Of a DNA stretch of 64,000 bases, positions 9,018 to 18,609 are shown in pieces. The stretch spans positions 4,726 to 68,725 of the forward strand of contig JAFWNQ010000004.1 of NCBI GenBank assembly GCA_017510245.1. Direction: 5' to 3'. This DNA comes from Clostridia bacterium (lineage in GTDB: Bacteria > Bacillota > Clostridia > TANB77 > CAG-508). Below the pieces are notes generated by a model, which saw nothing but the letters and a program-made list of their open reading frames with translations, was not told the origin of the DNA and searched no databases. The first letter of the stretch is position 1. Each line of letters begins with the position of its first letter. The position numbers and the translations under genes were made by a program.

Positions 9018-10004
9018 ATGAAAATAGTATTTATGGGAACACCAGATTTTGCACAAAAATCTTTAGAGGCAATATATAATGCCGGATGTGAAATTGTAGC
9101 AGTGGTTACTAATCCAGATAAACCTAAGGGAAGAGGAATGAAAATGATTTCTTCTCCTGTAAAACAATATGCTGATAGTAAAGGATTAAAGATTTACCAA
9201 CCTTTAAAGATAAGAAACAATGAAGATTTTATAAATGATATGAGAAAACTATGCCCTGATTTGTTTTGTGTTGTAGCATATGGAAAAATATTACCAAAAG
9301 AATTGTTAGAAATACCAAGATATGGAGCAATTAATGTTCATGGCTCACTTCTTCCTAAATATAGAGGAGCGGCACCTATTCAATGGTCTGTAATAAACGG
9401 TGATAAAGAGACAGGAGTCACAACAATGTTTATGGACGAAGGAATGGATACAGGAGATATGATTCTAAAAGAAAAAGTAATAATAGGAGATGATGAGACT
9501 ACTGGTGAACTTTGGGAAGAGCTTTCAAAACTTGGAGCAAAATTATTGGTTAAAACAATTAATATGATAGAAAATGTAAGTGAAAAGATAGAAAAATAAG
9601 ATGAAGAAAAACAAAGAATAAAAGAATTGGTTGGTGCTGAGAATCAAAAAGGAGAGTTTTCGACTGCTCCAATGATAAACAAAGAAATGGCTAAAATAGA
9701 CTGGAAAAAGACATCAAAAGAAATTCATAATTTAATAAGAGGGTTAAATCCTGTAATGGGAGCTTATTCACTTTATAATGATAAAAAAATCAAAATTTGG
9801 AAAACAAAAATAATAGACAACATAGAAATCAAAGATAATTATCTAAGTGGAGAAATTTTTAAAGTTAGCAAAGATGAATTAATTGTAAAGACAGGAGATG
9901 GGTTATTAAGCATACTAGAAATACAACCTGAAAATAAAAAGAAAATGGCAATAAAAGATTATTTAAATGGTTCTCAAATTAAAGAAGGGGATATTTTTAA
10001 ATAA
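9018..10004 (+). pseudogene. fmt: Methionyl-tRNA formyltransferase interrupted by an in-frame TAA (9597-9599)
   Basis: ORFs 9018-9599 (formyltransferase domain, HGSLLPKYRGAAPIQ) and 9627-10004 (C-terminal domain, ...APMINKEMAKIDW) are in the same frame (both starts are divisible by 3) and are separated only by TAA. Confidence 0.75.
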
Positions 10005-10102
10005 CATAATAATTGCTTTATGGTTATAAATATGGTATAATAATTATTGAGGTTTTAATTGTAAGTTCATATAAACTCCATAAAATATTTTGAGGAGGGA
10101 AG

Positions 10103-10219
10103 ATGAAGAACAAGAAGACTATGTCTATTGAGAAGAGAATCATTGTTTTCTATGTGATATGGCTGTTTTGGGCTATAGTACTATTGATGACAATGATAAC
10201 TAACAACTTCCCATTGTAG
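10103..10219 (+). CDS. Small hydrophobic protein (38 aa), unannotated in the ORF track
   Basis: MKNKKTMSIEKRIIVFYVIWLFWAIVLLMTMITNNFPL. GAGGAGGG RBS 4 nt upstream, extended -10 promoter upstream, strong terminator downstream. Confidence 0.55.
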   Translation: MKNKKTMSIEKRIIVFYVIWLFWAIVLLMTMITNNFPL

Positions 10220-10225
10220 ACATTA

Positions 10226-10279
10226 GGCTCGAGAAACGTGGAATGTGTAGTATTCATGTTTCTCGAGCCATCTTTTTTT
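10226..10279 (+). terminator. Rho-independent terminator
   Basis: GGCTCGAGAAAC (10226-10237) pairs with GTTTCTCGAGCC (10258-10269), then a T run. Confidence 0.85.
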
Positions 10280-10310
10280 ATATAAAAAAGTTATACTTTT
10301 ATATTATATA
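10279..10310 (+). repeat. Palindromic intergenic element, degenerate copy D
   Basis: TATATAAAAAAG-TTATA-CTTTTATATTATATA. The flank TCTTGTTGAGACTAAATTT resembles the copy A flank TCTCGATGCGACTAAATTT (16 of 19). Confidence 0.55.
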
Positions 10311-10356
10311 ATTCTTGTTGAGACTAAATTTTTATTAAATAAAAAAACAATTATTA

Positions 10357-11025
10357 TTATAGATAAGCATTAAGTTTTGATATATTATCTTTTTGAAAAT
10401 CTCTGAATTTAATCATTAGATTAATAGTTGATTCTTGAATATCATAATCACAGTTTATTATTTTTTGACATTTTATTATTCCCATTGTTTCACCTTCAAT
10501 CATCATTTCTGCAATATGGGAATTACTTTTATCAAATTTAGTATTCATTTTAAGCCCACAAATACTCATTGTTTTCATATAACTTGAAACATTATCTGGA
10601 ATTTCACCAAACTTTTCAAAGTGTTGATCAATTTGTAACAGAATATTTGCATATTGTGAATAAATTGCAACTAAATCTTTTTTCATTTTTTTACTTGAGA
10701 TAATATTAGATAAAAATGAAATATTATTCATTGCAAGTTGACATGCTTGTGATAATTCATTTAAAACCATTATATCAAGAAAGAAATTATTAGAGTTATC
10801 AGGTGTTCTATTAGAATCGTTACTGTTCGAATTATTTGAATGTTCATTATGAACAGAAGATTCTCCATTACTATTGATGTTGTTATAAGTATCATTTTGT
10901 TCCTTATCCACCTCTGAATCAACAGTGCTAATTTTATCATCATTAGTGGAAGGTTTAGAATTATCACCAAAATTATTTTTATTTAGTATTTCTTTAATAG
11001 TTCCTTTTTTATTGTTTTTTTCCAT
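10357..11025 (-). CDS. Hypothetical protein with an Asn/Ser-rich low-complexity N-terminal half and a helical C-terminal half
   Basis: Long ORF with a GGAGGA RBS. No motif I can assign. Confidence 0.6.
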   Translation of the reverse strand: MEKNNKKGTIKEILNKNNFGDNSKPSTNDDKISTVDSEVDKEQNDTYNNINSNGESSVHNEHSNNSNSNDSNRTPDNSNNFFLDIMVLNELSQACQLAMNNISFLSNIISSKKMKKDLVAIYSQYANILLQIDQHFEKFGEIPDNVSSYMKTMSICGLKMNTKFDKSNSHIAEMMIEGETMGIIKCQKIINCDYDIQESTINLMIKFRDFQKDNISKLNAYL

Positions 11026-11278
11026 TATAAAATCCTCCGAATTTGTATTTTATATATAGTTTAACCAGAAAAATAAAAAATATTATTATAAATAAAACTG
11101 AGTATTTCTAAATATATTTTAATGAATAAAAATACTAAAACTTTCAAAAAATGCCGAAAAATAGCTTTAGATGAATATATTACTTGATTTTGAATAAAAT
11201 ATGTGCTATAATAGATTTTGTGTTGCTTGAAAAAAAGGAGTGTGATTATTTATTTTAAACAGATTAAAAGAGTCTAAT

Positions 11279-12241
11279 TTGGTAAAGCAAACGATAAATT
11301 ATATAAAATTAATATGTATAGCAACAGTATTAATTTTAACAATAATGACAGTAAGATACAGGCCTGCATATGCAGTTATGCAAAATAATGAAATAATTGG
11401 ATATGTTAGTAGCAAAGACAAATTTCAAAAGAATATTGATGAGAATATTTTAAAAACTGAAGAAGAAAATGTAGCTTTTGTATCACTTGATAGAGTTGAC
11501 TATTCATTAGAATTTGTTAGTAGAGATCTAATTAATGAAGAGGAAATAATAACAGATTTGAAGGAGAAATCAAAGAACATATATCAAGTATATGAGGTAT
11601 CAAATGGAGATGAGGAAGAATCAGTATTTTTTAATTCAGAAAATGAGGCAAATGAATATGTAGCTAATTTGAAAGAAGAATACAATAAAATTGATACTGA
11701 ATTATCAATAACTACTTTATATGTAGAAAATGAAGTAAATGAAGAAGTAATACAAGAGGCAAAAGCAAAGATTCAAGAAAAATTAGAAGCTGAATTAAAG
11801 CAAAAAGAAGAAGAGGAAGCAGAACAAAGAAGGATAGAAAGTCAAACAGTTAATGGAATTTATCTAGCTTGTTTACCAGTTACAGGAGGAAGCATTAGTT
11901 CAAGGTATGGAGTTAATGAGAGCGTGAGAAATCATACACACAAGGGAATAGATATTGCAGCAAGCTATGGAACTCCAATAAAGGCAACTGCCAACGGAAC
12001 AGTAAAATATGCAGGATACTATGGTGGGTATGGTAATTTTGTAATTATAGACCACGGTAATGGAATAGAAACATGCTATGGACATTGTAGCTCTATAAAT
12101 GTTTCTGCTGGAAAAAGTGTTGAGGCTGGTGATGTAATTGCAAAAGTTGGATCAACAGGAAATTCGACAGGTAACCATTGTCACTTTGAAATAAGAGTCA
12201 ATGGAACACAAGTAAATCCACAAAAGTATTTGTATAAATAA
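11279..12241 (+). CDS. M23/LytM-family metallopeptidase, membrane anchored
   Basis: HKGIDIAA...GNFVIIDHG...GNSTGNHCHFEIRVNG motifs. N-terminal TM. TTG start is uncertain. Confidence 0.85.
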   Translation: MVKQTINYIKLICIATVLILTIMTVRYRPAYAVMQNNEIIGYVSSKDKFQKNIDENILKTEEENVAFVSLDRVDYSLEFVSRDLINEEEIITDLKEKSKNIYQVYEVSNGDEEESVFFNSENEANEYVANLKEEYNKIDTELSITTLYVENEVNEEVIQEAKAKIQEKLEAELKQKEEEEAEQRRIESQTVNGIYLACLPVTGGSISSRYGVNESVRNHTHKGIDIAASYGTPIKATANGTVKYAGYYGGYGNFVIIDHGNGIETCYGHCSSINVSAGKSVEAGDVIAKVGSTGNSTGNHCHFEIRVNGTQVNPQKYLYK

Positions 12242-12351
12242 TAGACTCGTGTTGGAATCGGGAACGTCCATTAAATGTCTAAATGTCTAGAAAAGCAAAG
12301 AAATGTGACATTTAATAGGTGTACAAGTGTTGTAGAAATGATATGAATAAT

Positions 12352-12384
12352 AAAAAGGAGCACTAAGTGCTCCTTTATTTTTTT
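12352..12384. terminator. Bidirectional terminator
   Basis: AAAAAGGAGCAC-taa-GTGCTCCTTTATTTTTTT between convergent genes. Confidence 0.8.
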
Positions 12385-12392
12385 ACTAAGAA

Positions 12393-13670
12393 TTAAGGTT
12401 GTTCAGCTAATGTTAACTGTACAGTTTCTTCCTTACCTTCTCTATTAATAGTTAATGTAATTTGATCTCCAACTTTATGGCTATTTTTGATTTCGTTCAA
12501 TTCATCCATTGTAGAAACTTCTTTACCATCAATTTTGGTAATTATATCTCCAATTTTTATACCAGCTTTTTGAGCAGGTGAGTAATCTGCAACGCTTCTA
12601 ACATAACAACCAATAACTAGTTTTGCTGTAGGATTGGTCTTGATTGTGTTTTCAGTTATATTACTTGCTGTTAATCCAATATATGGACGAATTACTTTCT
12701 TGTATTGTATTAAATCTTGTGTGATTGATTTTGTTGAGTTAATTGGAATAGCAAATCCTAATCCTTCAACACCTGTTCCAGATGCTTTTATAGTATTAAT
12801 ACCAATTACTTCACCATTTGTATTAACTAATGCTCCACCACTATTACCAGAGTTAATAGCAGCATCTGTTTGAATTAAAGTATATTTTTTTCCATCATTA
12901 TCAGTAATAGTTCTATTAACAGCACTTACAGAACCAGATGAAACACTACTATTCATTCCTAATGGATTTCCAACTGCCATACACCATTCACCAACTTGAA
13001 CTGAATCTGAATCAGCTAAAGTTGCGGCAGTTAAATCATCTTTTTCAATTTTTATAACCGCTAAATCAGTTTGCTCATCAGTTCCAATTATTTTAGCTTC
13101 ATATTCAGTTTCGTCATTATATAAAGTAACAGTTAATTTAGTTGCTTCTCCAAGAGAATAGAAACCATTAGAAGAAGACGAACCAGAGTTAACAACATGA
13201 TTGTTAGTTAAAATATATCCATCTGTACTAATGATGACTCCAGAACCGGCAGCTTCAGCTGTTGATGAGTTTTGAGAAAAGATTGTGTTTACTGAGTATT
13301 CAACATTAATTCCTACAACAGAAGGTAAGACCTTCTGTGCAACTGCAACACCAGTATCTGAAAAGCTAGATAGTGAAACTAGGTTGTTGTTGACATTATT
13401 ATAATTAACTGACTGAGCTGAATTTGCTGAAGGTGCAGAAGTGTTGTTGATTAAAGAGTTCTTTACACTTGGAACATTGAAACAAACTCCTACGACCAAT
13501 GTTGCTCCTAGAATCCCACTAACAAATGGTAGAATAACAGATTTGCCATAGTTAGTGTCTGATTTTTTTGATGTTTTTACTGATCTTTTAAAATTATTGT
13601 TTTGCAAATTTGGGTTAGGAAAATTTTGATTTCCTCCATCCTTAAAATTATTAGTATTTTTATTTTCCAT
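12393..13670 (-). CDS. htrA: HtrA/DegP-family serine protease (trypsin-like domain plus PDZ)
   Basis: TNNHV, TDLAVIK and GNSGGALVN catalytic-triad contexts, C-terminal PDZ, N-terminal TM. Confidence 0.9.
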   Translation of the reverse strand: MENKNTNNFKDGGNQNFPNPNLQNNNFKRSVKTSKKSDTNYGKSVILPFVSGILGATLVVGVCFNVPSVKNSLINNTSAPSANSAQSVNYNNVNNNLVSLSSFSDTGVAVAQKVLPSVVGINVEYSVNTIFSQNSSTAEAAGSGVIISTDGYILTNNHVVNSGSSSSNGFYSLGEATKLTVTLYNDETEYEAKIIGTDEQTDLAVIKIEKDDLTAATLADSDSVQVGEWCMAVGNPLGMNSSVSSGSVSAVNRTITDNDGKKYTLIQTDAAINSGNSGGALVNTNGEVIGINTIKASGTGVEGLGFAIPINSTKSITQDLIQYKKVIRPYIGLTASNITENTIKTNPTAKLVIGCYVRSVADYSPAQKAGIKIGDIITKIDGKEVSTMDELNEIKNSHKVGDQITLTINREGKEETVQLTLAEQP

Positions 13671-13848
13671 TTAAATCCCTTCTTTCTATTGATTATATAT
13701 ATATAATACACCTAAAATGTGAATAAAATGTGAAAAAGATGTTACAATTTGATTACATTTTTGTAATTTTATGTTATAATACAAAAAAATGAATAGAAAA
13801 AGTAAGTTTAAAAACTAACTTGTGCCTAAGAAAGGAATGATATTAAAA

Positions 13849-14424
13849 ATGAAAAAAGAAAGTGGTTTAGGAATTGTACTTATGATTATAATTGTGTGTG
13901 CCATAGTGGCTGTTGCTGTAGGACTATTTTATTGGTATAGAAATTTGAAAAATGATGTTAAAGATAGTAGTGTTAAATCTGATATGTTATTAATTGAAGG
14001 TGCAGGAAAGGTATCATATGAATCAAATGTTATGAATAAAACAACTGATAAATTAATAGGTACTAAGATTTCAGAGGTTGAAAAAAATGAGAACATAGAT
14101 AAATATATTATAGAAGCATTTAAAGCGACGAATACTATAGATGAAGGAGACTATGATAAGTATTATATTCTTACAAATGATGATTTAAAAGAATTAAAAC
14201 TTGAGGTAACTAATAAGGAGGGGTCATATTATATTATTGGGTATGAAAAAGATGATGTTATTATTACTGAAGGATATGAAGGAAAGTATAGATTGTCAGA
14301 AATAAATAAAGAAGATAACAAAGAGCCAAGTGAAGAATCAAATAATGAAGATAATGCTGAAACTAGTGAAGAGAAAACTGAGCAATCATCAGAAGATAAA
14401 GAAGGTGCAGGAAACGAAAAATAA
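13849..14424 (+). CDS. Hypothetical single-pass membrane protein with an acidic C-terminal tail
   Basis: ORF 13822-14424. I prefer ATG 13849 (AAAGGAA upstream). TM GLGIVLMIIIVCAIVAVAVGLF. Confidence 0.55.
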   Translation: MKKESGLGIVLMIIIVCAIVAVAVGLFYWYRNLKNDVKDSSVKSDMLLIEGAGKVSYESNVMNKTTDKLIGTKISEVEKNENIDKYIIEAFKATNTIDEGDYDKYYILTNDDLKELKLEVTNKEGSYYIIGYEKDDVIITEGYEGKYRLSEINKEDNKEPSEESNNEDNAETSEEKTEQSSEDKEGAGNEK

Positions 14425-14456
14425 TTTAAATTAAATAGAAAATGAGGATTATTTTA

Positions 14457-15095
14457 ATGAAAGAATTAGAAGTAGAAAGGCTTAAAAAATTAAAACAGTA
14501 TGAATATAATTTAGGAAAAGAAGGCTATAAAATAATCTGCGGTGCAGATGAAGCCGGAAGAGGACCTCTTGCTGGACCAGTTTCTGTTGGAGTGGTTGTA
14601 ATGAAACCTGACTCTATGCTTGAATGGGTTAATGACTCAAAAAAGGTTACAGAAAGGAGAAGAGAAATACTATATGACAGAATAATAGAAGATTCTCTTG
14701 CATGGAGTGTTAATTTAGTATCACAACAAGAAATTGATGAATTAAATATTTTAGAGGCTACAAAAAAAGGCTTGACTTATGCTATAAAAGACGTAATAGA
14801 ACAACTGAAACAAAAACCGGATATTCTAATTGTAGATGCTTTAAGAGAAATAGATACTTGTGGTATTACATATCAATCTATAATTAAAGGAGATGCTAAT
14901 TGCTATTCTATTTCTTGTGCTTCAATACTAGCAAAGGTTACAAGAGACAGGATTATGAGGGAGTGGGACGAGATTTATCCCCAATATGGATTTGCAAAAA
15001 ACAAAGGATATGGCACTGCTGCTCATATTGCTGCAATTAAAGAGTTTGGCCCTTGTCCATTACATAGAAAATCTTTTATAAAAAACTTCATATAA
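14457..15095 (+). CDS. rnhB: Ribonuclease HII
   Basis: GADEAGRGPLAGPV motif and ...ASILAKVTRD. Start moved to ATG 14457 after GAGGA. Confidence 0.92.
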   Translation: MKELEVERLKKLKQYEYNLGKEGYKIICGADEAGRGPLAGPVSVGVVVMKPDSMLEWVNDSKKVTERRREILYDRIIEDSLAWSVNLVSQQEIDELNILEATKKGLTYAIKDVIEQLKQKPDILIVDALREIDTCGITYQSIIKGDANCYSISCASILAKVTRDRIMREWDEIYPQYGFAKNKGYGTAAHIAAIKEFGPCPLHRKSFIKNFI

Positions 15096-15129
15096 TGAGA
15101 TTAAAAAATAATAAAAAGGAGTTATAATA

Positions 15130-16383
15130 ATGAATGTTTTAGACATTATTGCTAAAAAAAGAGATGGAAAAGAACTTAATAGAGAAGAAATAGAATACTT
15201 TATTAAAGAATATGTCAATGGAAATATTACAGATTATCAAGCGGCAGCTTTAGTTATGGCTATATATATAAATGGAATGAGTGAACAAGAAACTACTGAC
15301 TTAACAATGAGTATGGCTTATTCAGGAGATGTACTAGATTTATCTTCTTTAGGAGAAGTAATAGATAAACATTCCACAGGAGGAGTAGGAGATAAAATTA
15401 CATTAATTCTTATGCCAGTTATTGCATCATTTGGAATTCCAGTTGCAAAAATGTCTGGCAGAGGATTAGGCTTTACAGGTGGAACAACTGATAAACTTGA
15501 ATCAATACCAGGTTATAATACATCAATTAGTGTAGATGAATTTTTGAACAACGTAAAGAATAGTGGAATTAGTTTAGTGGGGCAAACGATGAATTTAGCT
15601 CCAGCAGATAAAAAGTTGTATGCCCTTAGAGATACAATTAGTTGCACCGATAGCATTCCATTAATTGCTTCAAGTATTATGAGTAAAAAAATAGCTGCAG
15701 GAGCAAATAAGATAGTTATAGATGTTACCTGCGGAAGTGGTGCTTTTATGAAAAGCAGAGAAGATGCAGAAAAACTTTCTAACATTATGATGAGAATTGG
15801 TGAGTTAGCTAATAGGAAAACAGTATGTATTATTACTGATATGAATCAACCGGTTGGATATGCTGTTGGAAATACTTTAGAAGTTATTGAAGCTATTAAT
15901 GTTTTAAAAGGCAAATTGATGCCAAATGATGTTAAAGAAATAATTGAAGAATTAGGTGCTAATATGCTTTTATTAGCTAATAAAACAAATTCAATTGAAG
16001 ATGGAAGAAAAATGATATCTGAAAATATAAAAAACGGTAAAGCATACCAAAAGTTGATTGAATTAGTTCATAACCAAGGTGGGGATGTTTCATATATTGA
16101 AAACACAGATATGTTCGAAAAAGCTAAATACATTATTCCTATAAAAGCAACAAAAAATGGTGTAATAAAAAAACTTGATGCATATACAGTTGGAAAATTA
16201 TCATGTTACTTAGGTGCTGGAAGAGCAAAAAAAGAAGATAAAATAGATCAAAGTGTTGGATTTGTTTTCAACAAGAAGGTTGGTGATAATGTTGAAAATG
16301 GTGAAATACTTGGATACATTCATGCAAATGATGAGCAGAAGGCAAAATTTGTATTAGAACAAGAAATATTTGTTGTAGAATAG
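15130..16383 (+). CDS. pdp: Pyrimidine-nucleoside (thymidine) phosphorylase
   Basis: KKRDGKELNREEIEYFI..., HSTGGVGDK, TGGTTDKLESIPG. Confidence 0.92.
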   Translation: MNVLDIIAKKRDGKELNREEIEYFIKEYVNGNITDYQAAALVMAIYINGMSEQETTDLTMSMAYSGDVLDLSSLGEVIDKHSTGGVGDKITLILMPVIASFGIPVAKMSGRGLGFTGGTTDKLESIPGYNTSISVDEFLNNVKNSGISLVGQTMNLAPADKKLYALRDTISCTDSIPLIASSIMSKKIAAGANKIVIDVTCGSGAFMKSREDAEKLSNIMMRIGELANRKTVCIITDMNQPVGYAVGNTLEVIEAINVLKGKLMPNDVKEIIEELGANMLLLANKTNSIEDGRKMISENIKNGKAYQKLIELVHNQGGDVSYIENTDMFEKAKYIIPIKATKNGVIKKLDAYTVGKLSCYLGAGRAKKEDKIDQSVGFVFNKKVGDNVENGEILGYIHANDEQKAKFVLEQEIFVVE

Positions 16384-16394
16384 TATTATAAAAT

Positions 16395-16458
16395 CCTGCC
16401 AAAGGGGACGGTGTTCTAAGGCAGGAATCTGTCAAAAGAGGCCGTCTTTTTTGGCAGG
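16395..16458 (+). promoter_or_regulatory. Structured leader with mutually exclusive helices overlapping the RBS of the downstream NrdD-like gene
   Basis: CCTGCCAAAGGGGACGG (16395-16411) can pair over 17 bp (3 G-U) with CCGTCTTTTTTGGCAGG (16442-16458). Alternatively, CCTGCC pairs with an internal GGCAGG (16420-16425). Confidence 0.45.
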
Positions 16459-16469
16459 AGGAGGAATAG

Positions 16470-18569
16470 ATGAAGGAAGATGATCTAGCTAACATTATTG
16501 TAATTAAAAGAAGCGGGAAAAGAGTTTCGTTTGATGGAATGAAAATAGCTGTTGCTATAAAAAAAGGTTTTGACAGTATTGAGGGAAAGTACAATGAAGA
16601 CGATATTAATAAAACTTTCAACAAAGTGATGGAAAGAATTAAAAGCAGTAATCTTGAAAGAATAAAAATTGAGCAAATACAAGATTGGATAGAAGAAGAA
16701 TTAAAAAAATGTGGATATGAGGATGTATATAAATCATATTCAAAATATAGAGAAAAAAGAAATCAATCTAGAGAGATTTTTTTTGAAGAAAAAAGAAAGC
16801 ATAAATTCTTAAAAGCACTGGAAAAATTGGGATTAAACTCTAAAGATTCAGTTGATACAGTTATAGACGATAAGAATTCTATGGAAAAGCTTCAAGCCTA
16901 TGGTGAAGCTGTTGCTGAGGAATTTGCAACATCTTATTTAATAAAGAAAAGATTTTCTGATAGTCATGAAAATGGTGATATTTTCATTAATAAACTAGAG
17001 TGCTATCCAATTGGATCAACTGAAAGTACACAAATAGATTTAGAAAAATTATTTACTGATGGTTTTTCAACTGAGAAATGTTCGATTAGAGAACCGCAAA
17101 GTATAGTTTCTTACGCAACATTAGCAATTATAGCGATATGTAATAATCAAAGAGATCAGTCTGGAAACCAGTCTATTCCTGCTTTTGATTATTATATGGC
17201 TCCGGGGGTGTTAAAAACATTTAAAAAGGAGTTTCAACAAACTATATATGATATACTTGAATATACTGATTACGATAAATTTATTGCTATTAATGGAATT
17301 GAAAGGGAAATTGATAAGATAAGTAGCATTGATTTTGATATTGAACAATTCTACAAATTTACTAGAGATGCAGAAGAATTAAAAAGAATGTTTAGAATTG
17401 TTTATAAAAAAGCACTACTTAAAACTAATAAACAAGTATATCAAGCGATGGAAGGATTTGTACATGACTTAAATAGCATATGTGATGAAAGAATAACTAC
17501 AATTAATTTAGGTACAGATACTAGCAAAGAGGGTAGAATGGTAATTCAAAATCTACTAAGAACAATTGATGAAGGAATTGGAGAAAATAAGAGAGCCATA
17601 TCTCCTAAAGTTGTATTTAAAATAAAAAAAGGAATCAATTTTGAAGAAAAAGATCCTAATTATGATTTACTAAAAATGGCATGTAATACAGCTAGTGAGA
17701 CTAGCAATATTGCATTTTCGTTTTTGGACACACAGTTTAATAGTCAATTTTATAAAGAAGGTGATTTTAATACTGAAGTAGCGTACTTTGAAGATGGAAC
17801 ACGTGTAATTGATAATTATGCATATCGAGAAAAGCAAATAACTCAAGGAAGAGGAGTGCTATCTTCTACAGTAATAAACTTACCAAGGATTGCACTGAAA
17901 CATAGAGATAATTTAAGTGATTTTTATGATGAAGTAATTCAAAAAATAGATTTATGTTGTGAGCAACTATTGGAAAGACTAGAAATACAGGGCAATAAAA
18001 GAGTATACAATTTTCCTTTTTTAATGAAACAAAATGTATGGATAGATTCAGAAAGACTTAGACAAGATGATAGAGTTAAGAGATTACTTAGACATGGTAT
18101 ACTACAAGTAGGATTTACTGGATTGAATGAATGTGTGATTGCACTTACTGGAAAAAGAATCGCAGATAGTAAAAAATCTCAAAACTTAGGCATATGTATA
18201 ATACAAAAAATGAATGATAGAGTTGAAGAACTATGCAAAAAGTATAATTATAATTTTATTGTTTCAGGTATAGATAATGAATATATAAATCAAGAATTTA
18301 TGGAACTAGATAGAATTGTTTTTGGAAAAATAAAAAATATAACAGATAAGGAAATGTATACACCTTCATTTAATTCAGACGACAGCATAGATATTAATAA
18401 AAGGATTAGAGTTGAAGCTCAATTCCATGAATTAACGGCAGGAGCTCACAAAATAACAATAAAAAGAGATGAACTAGGGAATGGTGAAAAAGAAGAAAAA
18501 GGAAATGAGCTTATTAATATAATTAAAGAGATGTATAAAAATGAAGTGGGATTTGCGGTTATAAAATAA
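16470..18569 (+). CDS. ATP-cone plus class III ribonucleotide reductase (NrdD)-fold protein, apparently catalytically inactive
   Basis: N-terminal ATP-cone (VIKRSGKRVSFDGMKI). NrdD-like blocks HENGDIF, DPNYDLLK, VINLPRIAL, GFTGLNEC. No C-terminal RVCGY-type glycyl-radical motif or zinc ribbon. Confidence 0.7.
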   Translation: MKEDDLANIIVIKRSGKRVSFDGMKIAVAIKKGFDSIEGKYNEDDINKTFNKVMERIKSSNLERIKIEQIQDWIEEELKKCGYEDVYKSYSKYREKRNQSREIFFEEKRKHKFLKALEKLGLNSKDSVDTVIDDKNSMEKLQAYGEAVAEEFATSYLIKKRFSDSHENGDIFINKLECYPIGSTESTQIDLEKLFTDGFSTEKCSIREPQSIVSYATLAIIAICNNQRDQSGNQSIPAFDYYMAPGVLKTFKKEFQQTIYDILEYTDYDKFIAINGIEREIDKISSIDFDIEQFYKFTRDAEELKRMFRIVYKKALLKTNKQVYQAMEGFVHDLNSICDERITTINLGTDTSKEGRMVIQNLLRTIDEGIGENKRAISPKVVFKIKKGINFEEKDPNYDLLKMACNTASETSNIAFSFLDTQFNSQFYKEGDFNTEVAYFEDGTRVIDNYAYREKQITQGRGVLSSTVINLPRIALKHRDNLSDFYDEVIQKIDLCCEQLLERLEIQGNKRVYNFPFLMKQNVWIDSERLRQDDRVKRLLRHGILQVGFTGLNECVIALTGKRIADSKKSQNLGICIIQKMNDRVEELCKKYNYNFIVSGIDNEYINQEFMELDRIVFGKIKNITDKEMYTPSFNSDDSIDINKRIRVEAQFHELTAGAHKITIKRDELGNGEKEEKGNELINIIKEMYKNEVGFAVIK

Positions 18570-18609
18570 TAAAAAAAAATAAAAGAATTATAGAAAGGAC
18601 TGTGAAAAA

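Noticed and set aside
9627-10004. Treating the second fmt ORF as an independent gene starting at TTG 9627
   Set aside because: There is no Shine-Dalgarno before the TTG. The frame is continuous with the upstream fmt ORF apart from one TAA, so I report it as a single interrupted gene.
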